DNA of 64,000 bases, taken from NCBI RefSeq assembly GCF_006345805.1, contig NC_043008.1, positions 55,304,001 to 55,368,000 of the forward strand, read 5' to 3'. This document shows, one piece after another, positions 1-12,066 of the stretch. Below the pieces are notes generated by a model. It had not been told where the DNA came from, made no database searches, and saw only the letters and a program-made list of their open reading frames with translations. Position 1 is the first letter of the stretch, and every line of letters begins with the position of its first letter. Source of the DNA: Octopus sinensis. Taxonomy: Eukaryota. The position numbers were made by a program, and so were the translations under genes.

Positions 1-614
1 TGAAATCTCACAGGGCTCAATGAAACTAAATAGCAAGTAAGGTTTGTAGGTTGTTCTTCTAACTACACACCAGTCCCCACCTCTCTCTCTCTCTCTACGA
101 ATCTGTGACCTTGTCCTAAATATAAGAAACCGTTATTCATTGGTGCTAAAAAGTTTTCCTTGTTGAAAAAAAATGTAAATGTTGCATTTTATAATTTCAT
201 ATATTCAACATCGTTTTTAACATATATATACCACACAGACATACTGTCTCGTGGTCTCTTTCTTACTCTCTCTTTCTCCTCCCCCCCTCTTCTATCATAA
301 TCACTTTCCTTTTCCCTCTCAAGTGAAAGTCTTTATTCATTGCAAACACTGATCCTATCTATACAAGACTATATTAATACACAAACACCAGCAAAAGCAA
401 TGAAAAATTGTATCACTACTCAAATATTTCAATAAATTTTAGAAGCATTATATATGTACTTATACATATATATGTTCAGACTATGCATGTAATATTTACA
501 TATAACTGTGTACATAAATATATATATACACACACACACACACACATACACTTTAAGTATTTCTGAATACATTCTTGTTCTCACACACACATTCCCAAAG
601 ACTTACAGATGGGA

Positions 615-960
615 TGACGTGTGTGTGTGTGTGTGTATGTGCTTCATGTTCTTGCTTCATGGGGCTGGGGGTCAACCCAGGTTAGTGGTCCCAGAGGTGT
701 CATCATGTGTAGAGCTGACCAGGTCCATCATTACTGGCAGTCCCAATGCCTGTCCTTCTGCATTTCTACATCCAGACCACATCTGCAGTTGGTCCCCAAG
801 GTCAGCTCTCCATTGTTGGTGACTGTGGAGTCCGGGTAGATGAAGGAGCCGACAAACTCCTCGACAGTGGGGGCCAAGATAATGTTGAGCCTCTGGAAAT
901 CCTTACTCACATCCAGCCATCTGGTGTAGCACCTGCTACAAGACCTCTTACAGCCCACAT
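615..960 (-). mobile_element. Degenerate RTE-clade LINE fragment
   Basis: Minus-strand peptide VEEFVGSFIYPDSTVTNNGEL resembles the RTE post-RT F.YLGS motif; adjoins a (CA)n tract. Confidence 0.55.
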
Positions 961-987
961 ATTACATGCATATTCTGAACATATATA

Positions 988-1387
988 GGTGCAGGAGTGG
1001 CTGTGTGGTAAGTAGCTTGCTTACCAACCACATGGTTCCGGGTTCAGTCCCACTGCATGACACCTTGGGCAATTGTCTTCTACTATAGCCTCGGGCCGAC
1101 CAAAGCCTTATGAGTGGATTTGGTAGACAGAAACTGAAAGAAGCCCGTCGTATATATGTATATATATATATGTGTGTGTGTGTTTGTGTGTCTGTGTTTG
1201 TCCCCCTAGCATTGCTTGACAACTGATGCTGGTGTGTTTATGTCCCCGTTACTTAGCGGTTCGGCAAAAGAGACCGATAGAATAAGTACTGGGCTTACAA
1301 AAGAATAAGTCCCAGGGTCGAGTTGCTCGACTAAAGGCGGTGCTCCAGCATGGCCGCAGTCAAATGACTGAAACAAGTAAAAGAGTA
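988..1387 (+). mobile_element. tRNA-derived SINE, family A
   Basis: tRNA-like head GGCTGTGTGGTAAG...GGTTCAGTCCC, CORE-like ccttgggcaa, internal (TA)/(TG) tract, tail GAAACAAGTAAAAGAGTA. Near-identical copies at 1403, 5115, 10136, 35979 and 53133. Confidence 0.9.
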
Positions 1388-1402
1388 ATATACATGTGTA
1401 AG

Positions 1403-1814
1403 TACTCTTTTACTCTTTTACTTGTTTCAGTCATTTGACTGCGGCCATGCTGGAGCACCGCCTTTAATCGAGCAACTCGACCCCGGGACTTATTCTTTTG
1501 TAAGCCCAGTACTTATTCTATCGGTCTCTTTTGCCGAACCGCTAAGTAACGGGGACGTAAACACACCAGCATCGCTTGTCAAGCACTGCTAGGGGGACAA
1601 ACACAGACACACAAACATACACGCACCCACACATATATATATACATATATACGACGGGCTTCTTTCAGTTTCCGTCTACCAAATCCACTCACAAGGCATT
1701 GGTCGGCCTGGGGCTATAGCAGAAGACACTTGCCCAAGGTGCCATGCAGTGGGACTGAACCCTGAACCATGTGGTTGGTTAGCAAGCTACTTACCACACA
1801 GCCACTCCTGCGCC
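1403..1814 (-). mobile_element. SINE family A, inverted tail-to-tail with the copy at 988
   Basis: Reverse complement of the family A sequence, 15 nt from the previous copy. Confidence 0.9.
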
Positions 1815-1933
1815 TATATAATACATATATAATACTTTTAAAATTTATTGAAATATTTAAGTAATGATACAATTTTTCATTGCTTTTGCTAGTATTTGTG
1901 TATTAATATAGTCTTGTATAGATAGGATCAGTG

Positions 1934-2640
1934 AGGCCCTGGTAGAAGGCAGAGGACATGTCCTTACCAACATGTGGTAGATTGCTATGAGGTGGGAAGC
2001 TGCTGGCAGATGCATGCATGCACACAGTTCTTAGTTGGAAACATGACGGTACATCTGATATTCTCTCAGGGCACTGCTATCAGAGCTGTCAATCCTCTTT
2101 GCCAGGGTCTTCATGAAGAGCCACATTTCTGCTCCATAGAAGAGAATGGAGAGGACTGACACAGAGCTTTGTCTTCCGAGAGATGCCAAAGGGACTTTCA
2201 TAGAGAGTACATGGCCAAACCACATCTGTAGTTGATTCCATTGTTGGTGACTCAGGAGTCCAGAAAGATGAGGGAGATGACAAACTCCATTATGAAGTGG
2301 AGGAGGGTCAAACATCTGAATTAGATTCAATGCATCTGATGGGCTTTGCCCAACTCACTTGAAGGCCAAGCTTTGCTGATTCCTTTCAATATATGGTCAA
2401 TGCATTGACCTTTGCAAGTCAGTCGGCTTGCTGAATAGGGTGCACAGTGCAAGTTGGTAAGGGTAGTTCCTGAGGGTAATGCCAGAAACTCACTTGCAGA
2501 CCTTGATCATCAGATAATCAATGACACATTTGAAGAGGTTAGGGGTGGCCGTGCAGCCCTTTCTGACCCCACTGTTCAAGAGTTAGAGTCCTTCCTGTTC
2601 ACCCACATGCAGCTCTCAGTTCTGTTATAGACCTGTTGAA
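1934..2640 (-). mobile_element. Degenerate RTE-clade LINE fragment
   Basis: Frameshifted peptides ISRKTKLCV / SVLSILFYGAEMW...LAKRIDSSDSSALR...HVSN match the RTE thumb-region LLYG.ETW motif. Confidence 0.65.
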
Positions 2641-2654
2641 ACAGAGCGTTGAGT

Positions 2655-2996
2655 GTATAAAGGGTAAAGACCCCCTTCAGTCATGAATGACCATGGGATT
2701 GCATCTAGAAAGTTCCCCTCTGAGGTATAAGTCTGAGCAAGGTTGTTTATGGAAACCAGCAGTCGCCCATACATACCAGCCTTCCCTCTCCATGCCACTG
2801 AAGTTATCCAAGGGAAAGGCAAGAGCTGATACAGCTTGGTACCAGTGGTATTGCAACTCATTTCTACAGATAAGTGAACTGGAGCAACATGAAATGAAGT
2901 GCCTTGCTTAAGAATACAACACACAGCCCAGTCTGGGAATCGAATTCACTACCCCATGATTGTGAGCTCAACACTCTAACCACTAAGCCATGCATG
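2655..2996 (-). mobile_element. tRNA-derived SINE, family C
   Basis: Minus-strand head catggcttagtggttagagtgttg...ttcgattcccagac, then cttaagcaaggcacttcatttcatgttgctccag. Related copies near 8830-9035, 19447-19590 and 28835-29000. Confidence 0.7.
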
Positions 2997-4099
2997 TTCT
3001 TTTTTTTGTGTGTATATATATATATATATATATATTATCAATACCATATAATGTGTGTGTTGTTAAATGCTACAAAGTGGCAATATTTTGCCTTAAAGGA
3101 GATCTCTTTAAAGATATATAATGTTGAGAAACGCAACATACCTCAAAGGTAGGTGAAACACTATTACCCTGGAAGTGAATGAGAGCAACGTATACCAATA
3201 TTTCATAATTTGTTTGCTCATCAGTATACCAAACTCCTTTACTTCTGAAATGACTTGCAACAGTCAACCAGAGGTATGTATGCAAATTGTGTACAATCCA
3301 TATATATTGATGTGCAAAAGCATCACATAAGTAAAATTTTGTGCTGTGTTGTCGAAGGGAAATCCCTTTACAAACACATAGTGTTTTACTCTCAGGACAA
3401 ATTCATTTCACCTAGTTTTGCTGTGTTTTTTAACACTATATGTCTTTAAAGGATCTCCCTTAAGCAAAATATCATAGTTTTGTAATGTTTCACAATACAC
3501 ATACATTGAGTATATGATATTGATGTTTACATTATTGAGCTGCTTCAAGCACAAAACTTCAATGAATATATATATATATGTAATATATAAATATATATAT
3601 CATCATCATCATCATCATATAGTATCTGCTTTCCATGCTGGCATGGGTTTAGACAGTTTGATTACAACTGGTAGACTGGATAGCTGTATTTAGTTCCGGT
3701 CTGATTTGACTTGGTTTTTATGGTTGGATGCCCTTCCTAATGCCAACCACTCCAAAAGTGTAGTGGCTACCTTTTATGTGTCACAAGCACTGACCACATC
3801 CATGATTTCACTTGGCTTGATGAGTCTTATACACACACACACGTACACACACACCACACACATATTTGAATATGCCTCAGCATATATTCATATGCATGTG
3901 TGTGTGTGTGTAAAACATTGCAGCTACCTGATCAGTTATTAATTAAGCAAATACAAAAGCCTGATAGACTTCATGCTCAATAGAAAACATAATAATGCTA
4001 AGTGTTTCTTTTTCTAACAAACATATCACCTAACATAAGCTAGTAATGATTAGTCACTAAACAATCTGAAGAAGGGATGTGAGAAAACCTCTTGACCAG

Positions 4100-4456
4100 T
4101 ATCATCATCATCATCGTTTAATGTCTGCTTTCCATGCTGGCATGGGTTGGACGGTTCAACCGGGGTCTGGGAAGCCAGAAGGCTGCACCAGGCCCAGTCT
4201 GATTTGGCAGTGTTTCTACAGCTGGATGCCCTTCCTAACGCCAACCACTCCGTGAGTGTAGTGGGTGCTTTTTACGTGCCAGACGAGGCTGGCAAACAGC
4301 CACGATCGGATGGTGCTTTTTACGTGCCACCGGCACAGGGACCAGACGAAGCTGGCAACGGCCACGGTCAGATAGTGCTTTTTACGTGCCACCGGCATGG
4401 ATGCCAGTCGGGCGGCGCTGGCTACGGCCACGTTCGGATGGTTCTTTTACGTGCCA
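4100..4456 (-). mobile_element. 5'-truncated RTE 3' end with (GAT)n tail
   Basis: Matches the 3' end of the long RTE at 54325-56294 (ccatgctagcatggaaa..gacgttaaacgatgatg). Similar truncated ends at ~3600-3830, 9737-10105, 14420-14735, 22005-22240, 25520-26110, 42160-42318 and 51180-51500. Confidence 0.85.
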
Positions 4457-4477
4457 TAGTTAACTTATATATGACAT

Positions 4478-5110
4478 CAGGGGGAAGAAATAGTGACTTA
4501 GAGGACAATTGGAAGTATCTACAAGATACCCTGCAGAAAGCTACAAACCAGATTTTTGGCTGATGCAAGATCCCAACCAGATGGGAGGTGACATCATGGT
4601 GGAATTGTACTATAGATTGCTCTACAAAAGCTAAGAAACAAGTATGGAATGAGTAGAAGAAACGACCACCAGAGATCAGTATCAAGTATGTAGATGTCAG
4701 CTATACTTAACGAGGGAATAATTTAAAAGTAAGAGGTTTATACATGCTCTGCAATATGAGGTATGAGGTATTTTCTCTTTTTGTTTTGTTTTGTTTTTCT
4801 TTGTAATGTAAGTTAGTGGTGCTAGGGATAATTGAGATTGCAATGAGGAAGAAGTGTGCGTTAAATGAGAGCAACACAGTTACCCTCACTGATGCCAATA
4901 AGAAATCAACATGAAAATACTGTTATAAGAGGTTGCTGAATGAGGAGGGTGAGAGAGGGAAAAAGAAAGTTTACCTCGAGTGGATATTAGAGAAGGACTT
5001 CAGACCATTGAAATTAATACCCATATGGTTGAAAGCACCATTATGGAAATGAAGGAAGGAAAGAAAGCTGGATCAGCAGTGATAGTCACTGAGATGCTTA
5101 AAATATTTAA
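4478..5110 (+). mobile_element. Old RTE ORF fragments (endonuclease-RT linker)
   Basis: DLEDNWKYLQDTLQKATNQIFG*CK...TSWWN resembles the RTE linker; multiple stops. Confidence 0.5.
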
Positions 5111-5114
5111 CAAT

Positions 5115-5276
5115 GCGCAGGAGTGGCTGTGTGGTAAGTAGCTTGCTAACCAACCACATGGTTCCGGGTTCAGTCCTACTGCGTGGCATCTTGGGCAAGT
5201 GTCTTCTGCTATAGCCCCAGGCCAACCAATGCCTTGTGAGTGGATTTGGTAGATGGAAACTGAAAGAAGCCTGCCG

Positions 5277-5311
<35 letters not shown>

Positions 5312-5513
5312 CTGTGTTTGTCCCCCTAGCATCACTTGACAACCGATGCTGGTGTGTTTATGTCCCCGTTACCTAGCGGTTCGGCAAAAGAGACCGATAG
5401 AATAAGTACTGGGCTTACAAAAGAATAAGTCCCGGGGTCGAGTTGCTCGATTAAAGGTGGTGCTCCAGCATGGCCACAGTCAAATGACTGAAACAAGTAA
5501 AAGAGTAAAAGAA
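5115..5513 (+). mobile_element. SINE family A
   Basis: Full-length match to the copy at 988. Confidence 0.9.
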
Positions 5514-6649
5514 TGTAACTCACTTACATTGTCGCTCATGAAACACAGAAACCGATCATAGTGCAACAGTTCCACCAACAACTGCTACAAGGAGAAAGTA
5601 GAAACTCTAGAGAAACAACTACAGAGCCATTTAAGTAATGAACCAAGTTTTGAAAGTTGCTGAAACTGATTAGAAGAAGACAAGATGCAGAGACCCACAA
5701 GTCTCATTCATTTGTTTGTTCATTTGTTAACAGAGAAGCATGTGGTTCGTAAGCAAGCTACTTACCACACTGCCACTCCTAGAGGTAACAATTTAAATGT
5801 AAGTTTTTTTTCAGGTTACTGTGTGAGGGGACCAAACTTGGACAAGAAGGAAGTTGTTGTTGTTGTTGTTGCTGCTGTTGCTGTTGCTGTTGTTGTTGTT
5901 GTTGTTGTTGTTTAGCCCTTGGTTAAGGCCTGATTGAATCAACCTATAACTGTTTCAGTTATGGACACCTTGTTTTTTTTTTCAGGCAGTGTACCTTAGA
6001 CCAGATTGTGATTTGAGGAAGATCTGGCTATTATTTCTTGCAGGTCTTGCTGCTGCATAGACATTCTTTCAGTGTCTCTTAGGTTTAAAAAGAGATGTGT
6101 AGGAGGTGGCTGTGGCTCTGTGATGAAAGAGCCTGGTGGAGCATTTTGTACCAAGTTTGTGGGTGTCAGTAACTGTAGAGAGGGCAAACAAAAAAAATAG
6201 TTTTTAATTATTTTTTTTTAGTTCCAGGTCAACCCAGATTGAGTAAACCTGTGATCAAAGGTGTTCCAGCTATGACCACCCTATCTTATTTTCAGACAAA
6301 CCATCCAGGATTATTAACCAATTTTGGTCCATTTTTTAAAAATTAGTAGAATGTGTTTTGCATTTTCTTGCCGGTCTAACAACTATATAGAAATTCTCTC
6401 CATGGCTTGTTGTTGTGTCAGGTAGGCTTAGATGCAGGGTGATGATAGTACACAACTTGCTAATTGTCTTTGTAGTCTGAGTAGAGGAGGATATGGTATG
6501 TCAGGGAGTTAATGGTTGTAGTGTGTTCAGTGATTTTTTGGATAATCATAGATAAATAAAATCTGTTTGTAATTTGCAACAGATTAGTTAGTGTTAAGAG
6601 AATCTTCTCAAGAAACTAATATACAATTATACAATTGTTTCAGGAATAT

Positions 6650-6843
6650 ATATATAATGGGAAGGTTTACAAAAATAAACAAAAGACGAAGGCAGGTGGA
6701 GTACAAACAAACAAATGTATTAGTATGGTGCTCAGGAATAGAAATAGAACAAGTCTTTTACGTTTCGAGCCCTACGTTCTTTGACAGAAAGATACACAGG
6801 AAAAAACAAGGAGAGAAAAAAAAATGCATGTAGGAGCTAACGA

Positions 6844-6845
<2 letters not shown>
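6650..6845 (-). mobile_element. Probable Penelope-derived repeat with degenerate hammerhead-like motif
   Basis: Minus strand reads tcttt-CTG-tca-AAGA-acgtagggctc-GAAACGTA-aaaga. GAAACGT is typical of PLE hammerheads. Bounded by (TA)n. Confidence 0.4.
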
Positions 6846-6887
<42 letters not shown>

Positions 6888-6891
6888 TATA

Positions 6892-7110
6892 ATCTATTAT
6901 ATAAAACCCATTCTGTCTGTCTGTGTGTGTGTGTCTTCTAGGATCTCGGGCTTCCTCCATCCGATTGCGCTCAAATTTGATATGTAGATACCGACAGTAT
7001 CAGGGCATGTATAAGTCTTGAAACAATTACAAAAATCAATTCCAGGTGAGAATGCGATCGATAAAGCCATGAGAACGTGCATTTGTACACGCAAGTACAT
7101 CAGTTGAAAT
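6892..7110 (+). mobile_element. Possible non-autonomous Helitron-like element 5' portion
   Basis: Starts TCTATTATATAAAA followed by a (CTGT)/(GT) tract and ccgattgcgctcaaattt, the usual layout of invertebrate Helitron-type repeats. Pattern recall only. Confidence 0.35.
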
Positions 7111-7384
7111 CTGTCTTTTGCTGGTGTTTCAAATTTAGGTTAAATCAGTGTTTCTCAAAGGGGAGGCCTATGGGACGGTCGGACAAGTTGTTTTGAAAAA
7201 TTTGGTTTAAATGTCTGACAACTCAGCTCCGTCCATTGGACGGTGGGGGGTGCGTTTTACTTGTTATATCTATATATATGTCCATATATATATATGCGAT
7301 GGTTTTTGGTAAGCAGTGTCAATTTTTACAATTCTGTAAATAATAATAATATTTTATAAGCTTATAAGTGGTCACTGTGTAATG

Positions 7385-7604
7385 CAGTGGTTTTCAACCA
7401 GGGTTCTGCGGAACCTTAGGGTTCCGCCAGTACAGTCCAGGGGTTCCACAAGAAGTTACAAAACTGCTAAAATCAGCAGTAATTTTTAATTCTCCTGTGC
7501 AGATATGTGTGCATAAGACTATTAAATTATTGATTAGGGGTTCCTCAAGCCAGTGGAATGTTTCCTTGGGGGTTCCGTTCCAGCAAAAAGTTTGAAAAGC
7601 ACTA
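7385..7604. mobile_element. hAT-type MITE, 220 bp
   Basis: Imperfect 15-bp TIRs CAGTGGTTTTCAACC / GTTTGAAAAGCACTA and a perfect 8-bp TSD GTGTAATG (7377-7384, 7605-7612). Confidence 0.9.
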
Positions 7605-8118
7605 GTGTAATGACTAAAGAAAATAGTAGTTTTTCATCATTACACAGTGATTGCTTATAAGGTTTAAGCCTATAAAATATTAATATGTATATATAAACAT
7701 ATAAACAAAATATAAATTAAAAGATAGGATCAGAATCGATGTTATTATTTTGAAACCTTGAGAGAAGGGAAAGTATTGATGATTACAATAGTTTGGACTT
7801 TGTCTTTCTTTTGGGTAGCAGCAAAAAAGGAGAAACTGGAAAAAGGAAGGCAGAGATAAAAAACAAAAAAAGGAGAAAAATTCCAGTGAGAGAAACCATT
7901 GGATGTTGGCTACTATCTGACTGAAAATTGGAAATAGGCTGAAATTATTTATTTATTTTTGCAAGAGAATTACGTGTGTATATTCTGTCAGCCAGCTTTT
8001 ATTCAAAAGGCATTGAGCAAGTCTGAAGCTATAGTAGCAGGTACTTGCTTATGTTGTCATACAGTGAGGTAGAACTAAAAACCACATGGTTGCTAAGCAA
8101 ACATCATAGCCATGCCTC

Positions 8119-8188
<70 letters not shown>

Positions 8189-8287
8189 CCTGCTCACTTA
8201 TCCAGCGGGGTGGCATCATTCAAAGGCTAAAACAATGCGAAGCAAATTGTGACCAGCGATGTGTAGCAACATCTGATAGCCTGGTCG

Positions 8288-8341
<54 letters not shown>

Positions 8342-9152
8342 AATATATAGTTATATATAGTTGTGAGCATTTGGGAAGCTGCATGGTTGAATGGTTAAGA
8401 TGTTTACTTCACAATCATAGGAGTCCAGGTTCAATCTCACTGCATGGCATCTTAGGCATCTGTTTATTTTTCTATTCTGTGGTCTCAGACTGATCAGTGT
8501 CTTCTGAATGATACTGGCTAGACAGGAACTGTTTAGAAGCCCATCAGATGCATTGAACCCAATACAAAGGTCTGACCTTCCCATTCACAATGTTATACTG
8601 ATTCTACTTACGGAGTATATGTGTCTGTGGAATATTCAACCACTTCAGCTCATATATATTAATTAGGTACTTCATTGATCAGATAAATGAATATGCATCA
8701 TCAAAGCCAATAAAGATTCATTATTTACTTGGAGGAATGTAACAAAGAAGCCCTCTATAGCTTTTTGTCTTGAATGTACAGGCCCATTAGGCCAGAGATT
8801 ATTTTGGTTTCTGTGACATTTAAGTCACTGAGAGTACAAACTTCCCCTGAATGGAATGCTAGTCCATCACATTAACTTCTTCCTCCAACAGCTATCACTG
8901 GTTTTCATTTCATTTTCAGCTGAGTGGAACTGAAGTAGCATGAAATGAAGTGTTTTGTTCAAGGATGTGCTGAGATGTGAACCCATGATCTGATGTTCAC
9001 AAGCCCAACACCCAAACCACTTTGCCATATGTCTTCATGCCATAGCTGTCAGCTATGAAAATGGAGAAACAAGATGCATGTCATCTCTTGTATTACCTAT
9101 TTTATGATTTGGCAACTTGTTAAAACTAATTCCTGTACTCTTTGATTCTCAG

Positions 9153-9473
9153 AATGATGACAATGCTGATGTCAATCAGTCAAACGAAGACAACGACATC
9201 CTCAACATGCTTAGTAACCGAAGACATGGCAATAACAAAATACCTCCTGACTTCAACCTCAACAATGGCCTGAATAATGAGGGAAACCAACCATTGGAGA
9301 GGGTAAATGTTGAAGACAATCTCGCTGGACGTCTTCTTCCCAATGACCATCAAGGAATCATAGAAAACAAAATACCCCCAGAAATCATTAAGGGTGACTT
9401 GATTAACGAAAATAAACTGGAGAAGGACAATGCCTTTGAACATGACCTTCAGTTGGATGGTAGAGAAGTTCAG
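9153..9473 (+). CDS. Internal coding exon (107 codons) of an unidentified gene; acidic, Asn-rich low-complexity region
   Basis: Branch-point-like CTAAT and a pyrimidine tract precede ttctcAG (9151-9152). Open frame NDDNADVNQSNEDND...LQLDGREVQ, then donor CAG|GTAGTT. Unique, codon-like sequence amid repeats, with an internal repeat NKIPPD/NKIPPE. Confidence 0.75.
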
Positions 9474-9736
9474 GTAGTTAATTTTGTTTGTTGCTCTTGT
9501 AATGGTGCTTACTAATCAATAACTGCCATGTTTTTTTTTATTTTTTTAATATTTTAGTTAAAAGCCTAAATCCAAAATGTACTACATAACCTCTGCCAAT
9601 ATCATATTTTCTATACATTTTTTTCTTCTTCAAAAAGCATACAAGGAAAATTAACATGTCTTGTGGCTCTTAATGAATCATTGAATCACTTACCAAAGGC
9701 TTCAACTTCATGTAGTGTATCATTGCAGATATATAT

Positions 9737-10105
9737 ATCATCATCATCATCATTGTTTAGCGTCCGTTTTCCATGCTAGCATGGGTTGGACGGTTCTACT
9801 GGGGTCTGTGAAGCCAGAAGGCTTCATCAGGCCCAGTCAAATCTGGCAGTGTTTCTACGGCTGGATGCCCTTCCTAACGCCAACCACTCCGTGAGTGTAG
9901 TGGGTGCTTTTTATGTGCCACCCGCACAGGTGCCAGACAGAGCTGGCAAACGGCCACGAACAGATGGTGCTTTTTACGTGCCACCGGCACGAGGCCAGTC
10001 GGGGCGGCGCTGGCAATGGTCGCGAAACGGAAGGTTCTCTTACATGCCACCGGCACTGGTAACACATCTGCAATTTCCATTGATCGATTTCGATTCTGAT
10101 CCTCA
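9737..10105 (-). mobile_element. 5'-truncated RTE 3' end
   Basis: Same family as 4100-4456. Confidence 0.8.
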
Positions 10106-10135
10106 CTTGCCTCAACATATATATATATATATATA

Positions 10136-10352
10136 TACTCTTTTACTCTTTGACTTGTTTCAGTCATTTGACTGTGGCCATGCTGGAGCGCCAGCTTTAG
10201 TCGAGCAAATCGATCCCGGGACTTATTCTTTGTAAGCCTAGTACTTATTACATTGGTCTCTTTTACCGAACTGCTAAGTTACGGGGATGTAAACACACCA
10301 GCATCGGTTGTCAAGCGATGTTGGGGGGACAAACACAGACACACAAACATAT

Positions 10353-10388
<36 letters not shown>

Positions 10389-10563
10389 ATACATATATAC
10401 AACAGGCTTCTTTCAGTTTCCGTCAACCAAATCCACTCACAACGCTTTGGTCAGCCCGAGGCTATAGTAGAAGACACTTGCCCAAGGTACCACACAGTGG
10501 GACTGAACCCAGAACCATGTGGTTGGTAAGCAAGCTACTTACCACACAGACACTTCTACGCCT
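10136..10563 (-). mobile_element. SINE family A
   Basis: Full-length reverse match to family A. Confidence 0.9.
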
Positions 10564-10766
10564 ATTACGCCTATATACATATATAAAATAGCATGTAAAT
10601 AAAAAATTGGAAAAGAATTCAGCAGGTAATTGAACACAAGCTTAGATTTTACTCACCAACTACTTACCATCATTCCACAGTACATTTACACACATATTTT
10701 TCTCCATATATTGTCTAACCTACACAACCAGACAATAGACTCTGTTTATATACATATATTTATGCA

Positions 10767-11160
10767 GTAGAGGCGCAATGGCCCAGTGGTTAGGGCAGTG
10801 GACTCGCGGTTGTGGGATCGCGGTTTCGATTCCCAGACCGGGCGTTGTGAGTGTTTATTGAGCGAAAACACCTAAAGCTCCACAAGGCTCCGGCAGGGAT
10901 GGTGGTGATCCCTGCTGTACTCTTTCACCACAACTTTCTCTCAATCTTACTTCCTGTTTCTGTTGTACCTGTATTTCAAAGGGCTGGCCTTGTCACTCTC
11001 TGTGTTACGCTGAATATTCCCGAGAACTACATTAAGGGTAGTACACGTGTCTGTGGAGTGCTCAGCCACTTACACGTTAATTTCACGAGCAGGCTGTTCC
11101 GTTGATTGGATCAACCGGAACCCTCGTCGTCGTAACCGACGGAGTGCTTCCAAAATCCAA
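10767..11160 (+). mobile_element. tRNA-derived SINE, family D, with TSD
   Basis: Head tggcccagtggttagggcagtggactcgcgg...tttcgattccc (A/B boxes); 9-bp TSD ATTTATGCA at 10758-10766 and 11161-11169; CpGs retained. Confidence 0.85.
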
Positions 11161-11367
11161 ATTTATGCAATCTGATTAGATGGCATGCATACCCCTTCTT
11201 CAGTCAAGTTGTGTAAGACCAGATGGCATTCATTTTTTTGCTTTCTTCATATTAGCTTGAATTAGACAGATATTTTACTAAGGTATTATTTCACAGCTGG
11301 AAGATGATGAGCTGACAGAATCATTAGCAGACTGAGCAAAATGCTTAGTGGTATCCATCTTTAGTGG

Positions 11368-11592
11368 AGCTAGCAGAAACGTTAGCGCGCCGGGTGAAAT
11401 GCTTAGCAATATTTCGTCTGCCGCTACGTTCTGAGTTCAAATTCCACCGAGGTCGACTTTGCCTTTCATCCTTTCGGGGTCGATTAAATAAGTACCAGTT
11501 ACACACTGGGGTCATTTATAATTGACTTAATCTGTTTGTCTGTCCTTGTTTGTCCCCTCTGTGTTTAGCCCCTTGTGGGCAGTAAAGAAATA
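11368..11592 (+). mobile_element. SINE family B inserted in an older related SINE
   Basis: agctagcagaaacgttagc...ctttcatcctttcggggtcg...aaagaaata; 18-bp TSD GGTATCCATCTTTAGTGG at 11350-11367 and 11593-11610. Confidence 0.9.
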
Positions 11593-12033
11593 GGTATCCA
11601 TCTTTAGTGGCATCCAGCTTTACATTGGACACGGCTGTGTGGTTGAGAAGCTTGCTTCCTATCCATTTGGTCTTGGGTTCAGTCCCACTGTGTGGAGCCT
11701 TGGGCAAGTGTCTTCTGAAGTCAACTTTGCTTTTCATCCTTTTGGGGTTGACAATATAAGTGTAACAGTTGAGCACTGAGGGGTCGATATAATCGACTTA
11801 CCCTTTCTCCAAAATTGTTGGCCTTGTGCCAAAATTTGAAGCCATTATTTCACAGCTTGATATCTTTCCAGTTGCTAATCCTTGTATGTTTCCCCAATAA
11901 AAAAACTTTTCGTTCTTTTCACATTCGAATGAATTGTTTACAGGGAAATATCAGTGATTTTTCAATGCAAAGCACAGAATTTAAACATTCAAAACACACA
12001 CACACACATGTACATACACACATACGCACACAT

Positions 12034-12066
<33 letters not shown>

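Noticed and set aside
1-42. Possible upstream exon end (EISQGSMKLNS, donor AA|GTAAGG at 36/37)
   Set aside because: It is phase 2 while the 9153 exon needs phase 0, and I found no bridging exon; too little sequence to call.
347-459. CACTG-terminated inverted arms as a CACTA/EnSpm transposon spanning 347-1933
   Set aside because: No 2-3-bp TSD (aaa left, agg right); kept only as part of the palindrome finding.
10767-10840. tRNA-like sequences (also at 988, 19447, 50057 and others)
   Set aside because: They continue into SINE bodies with TSDs and lack a complete cloverleaf; not tRNA genes.
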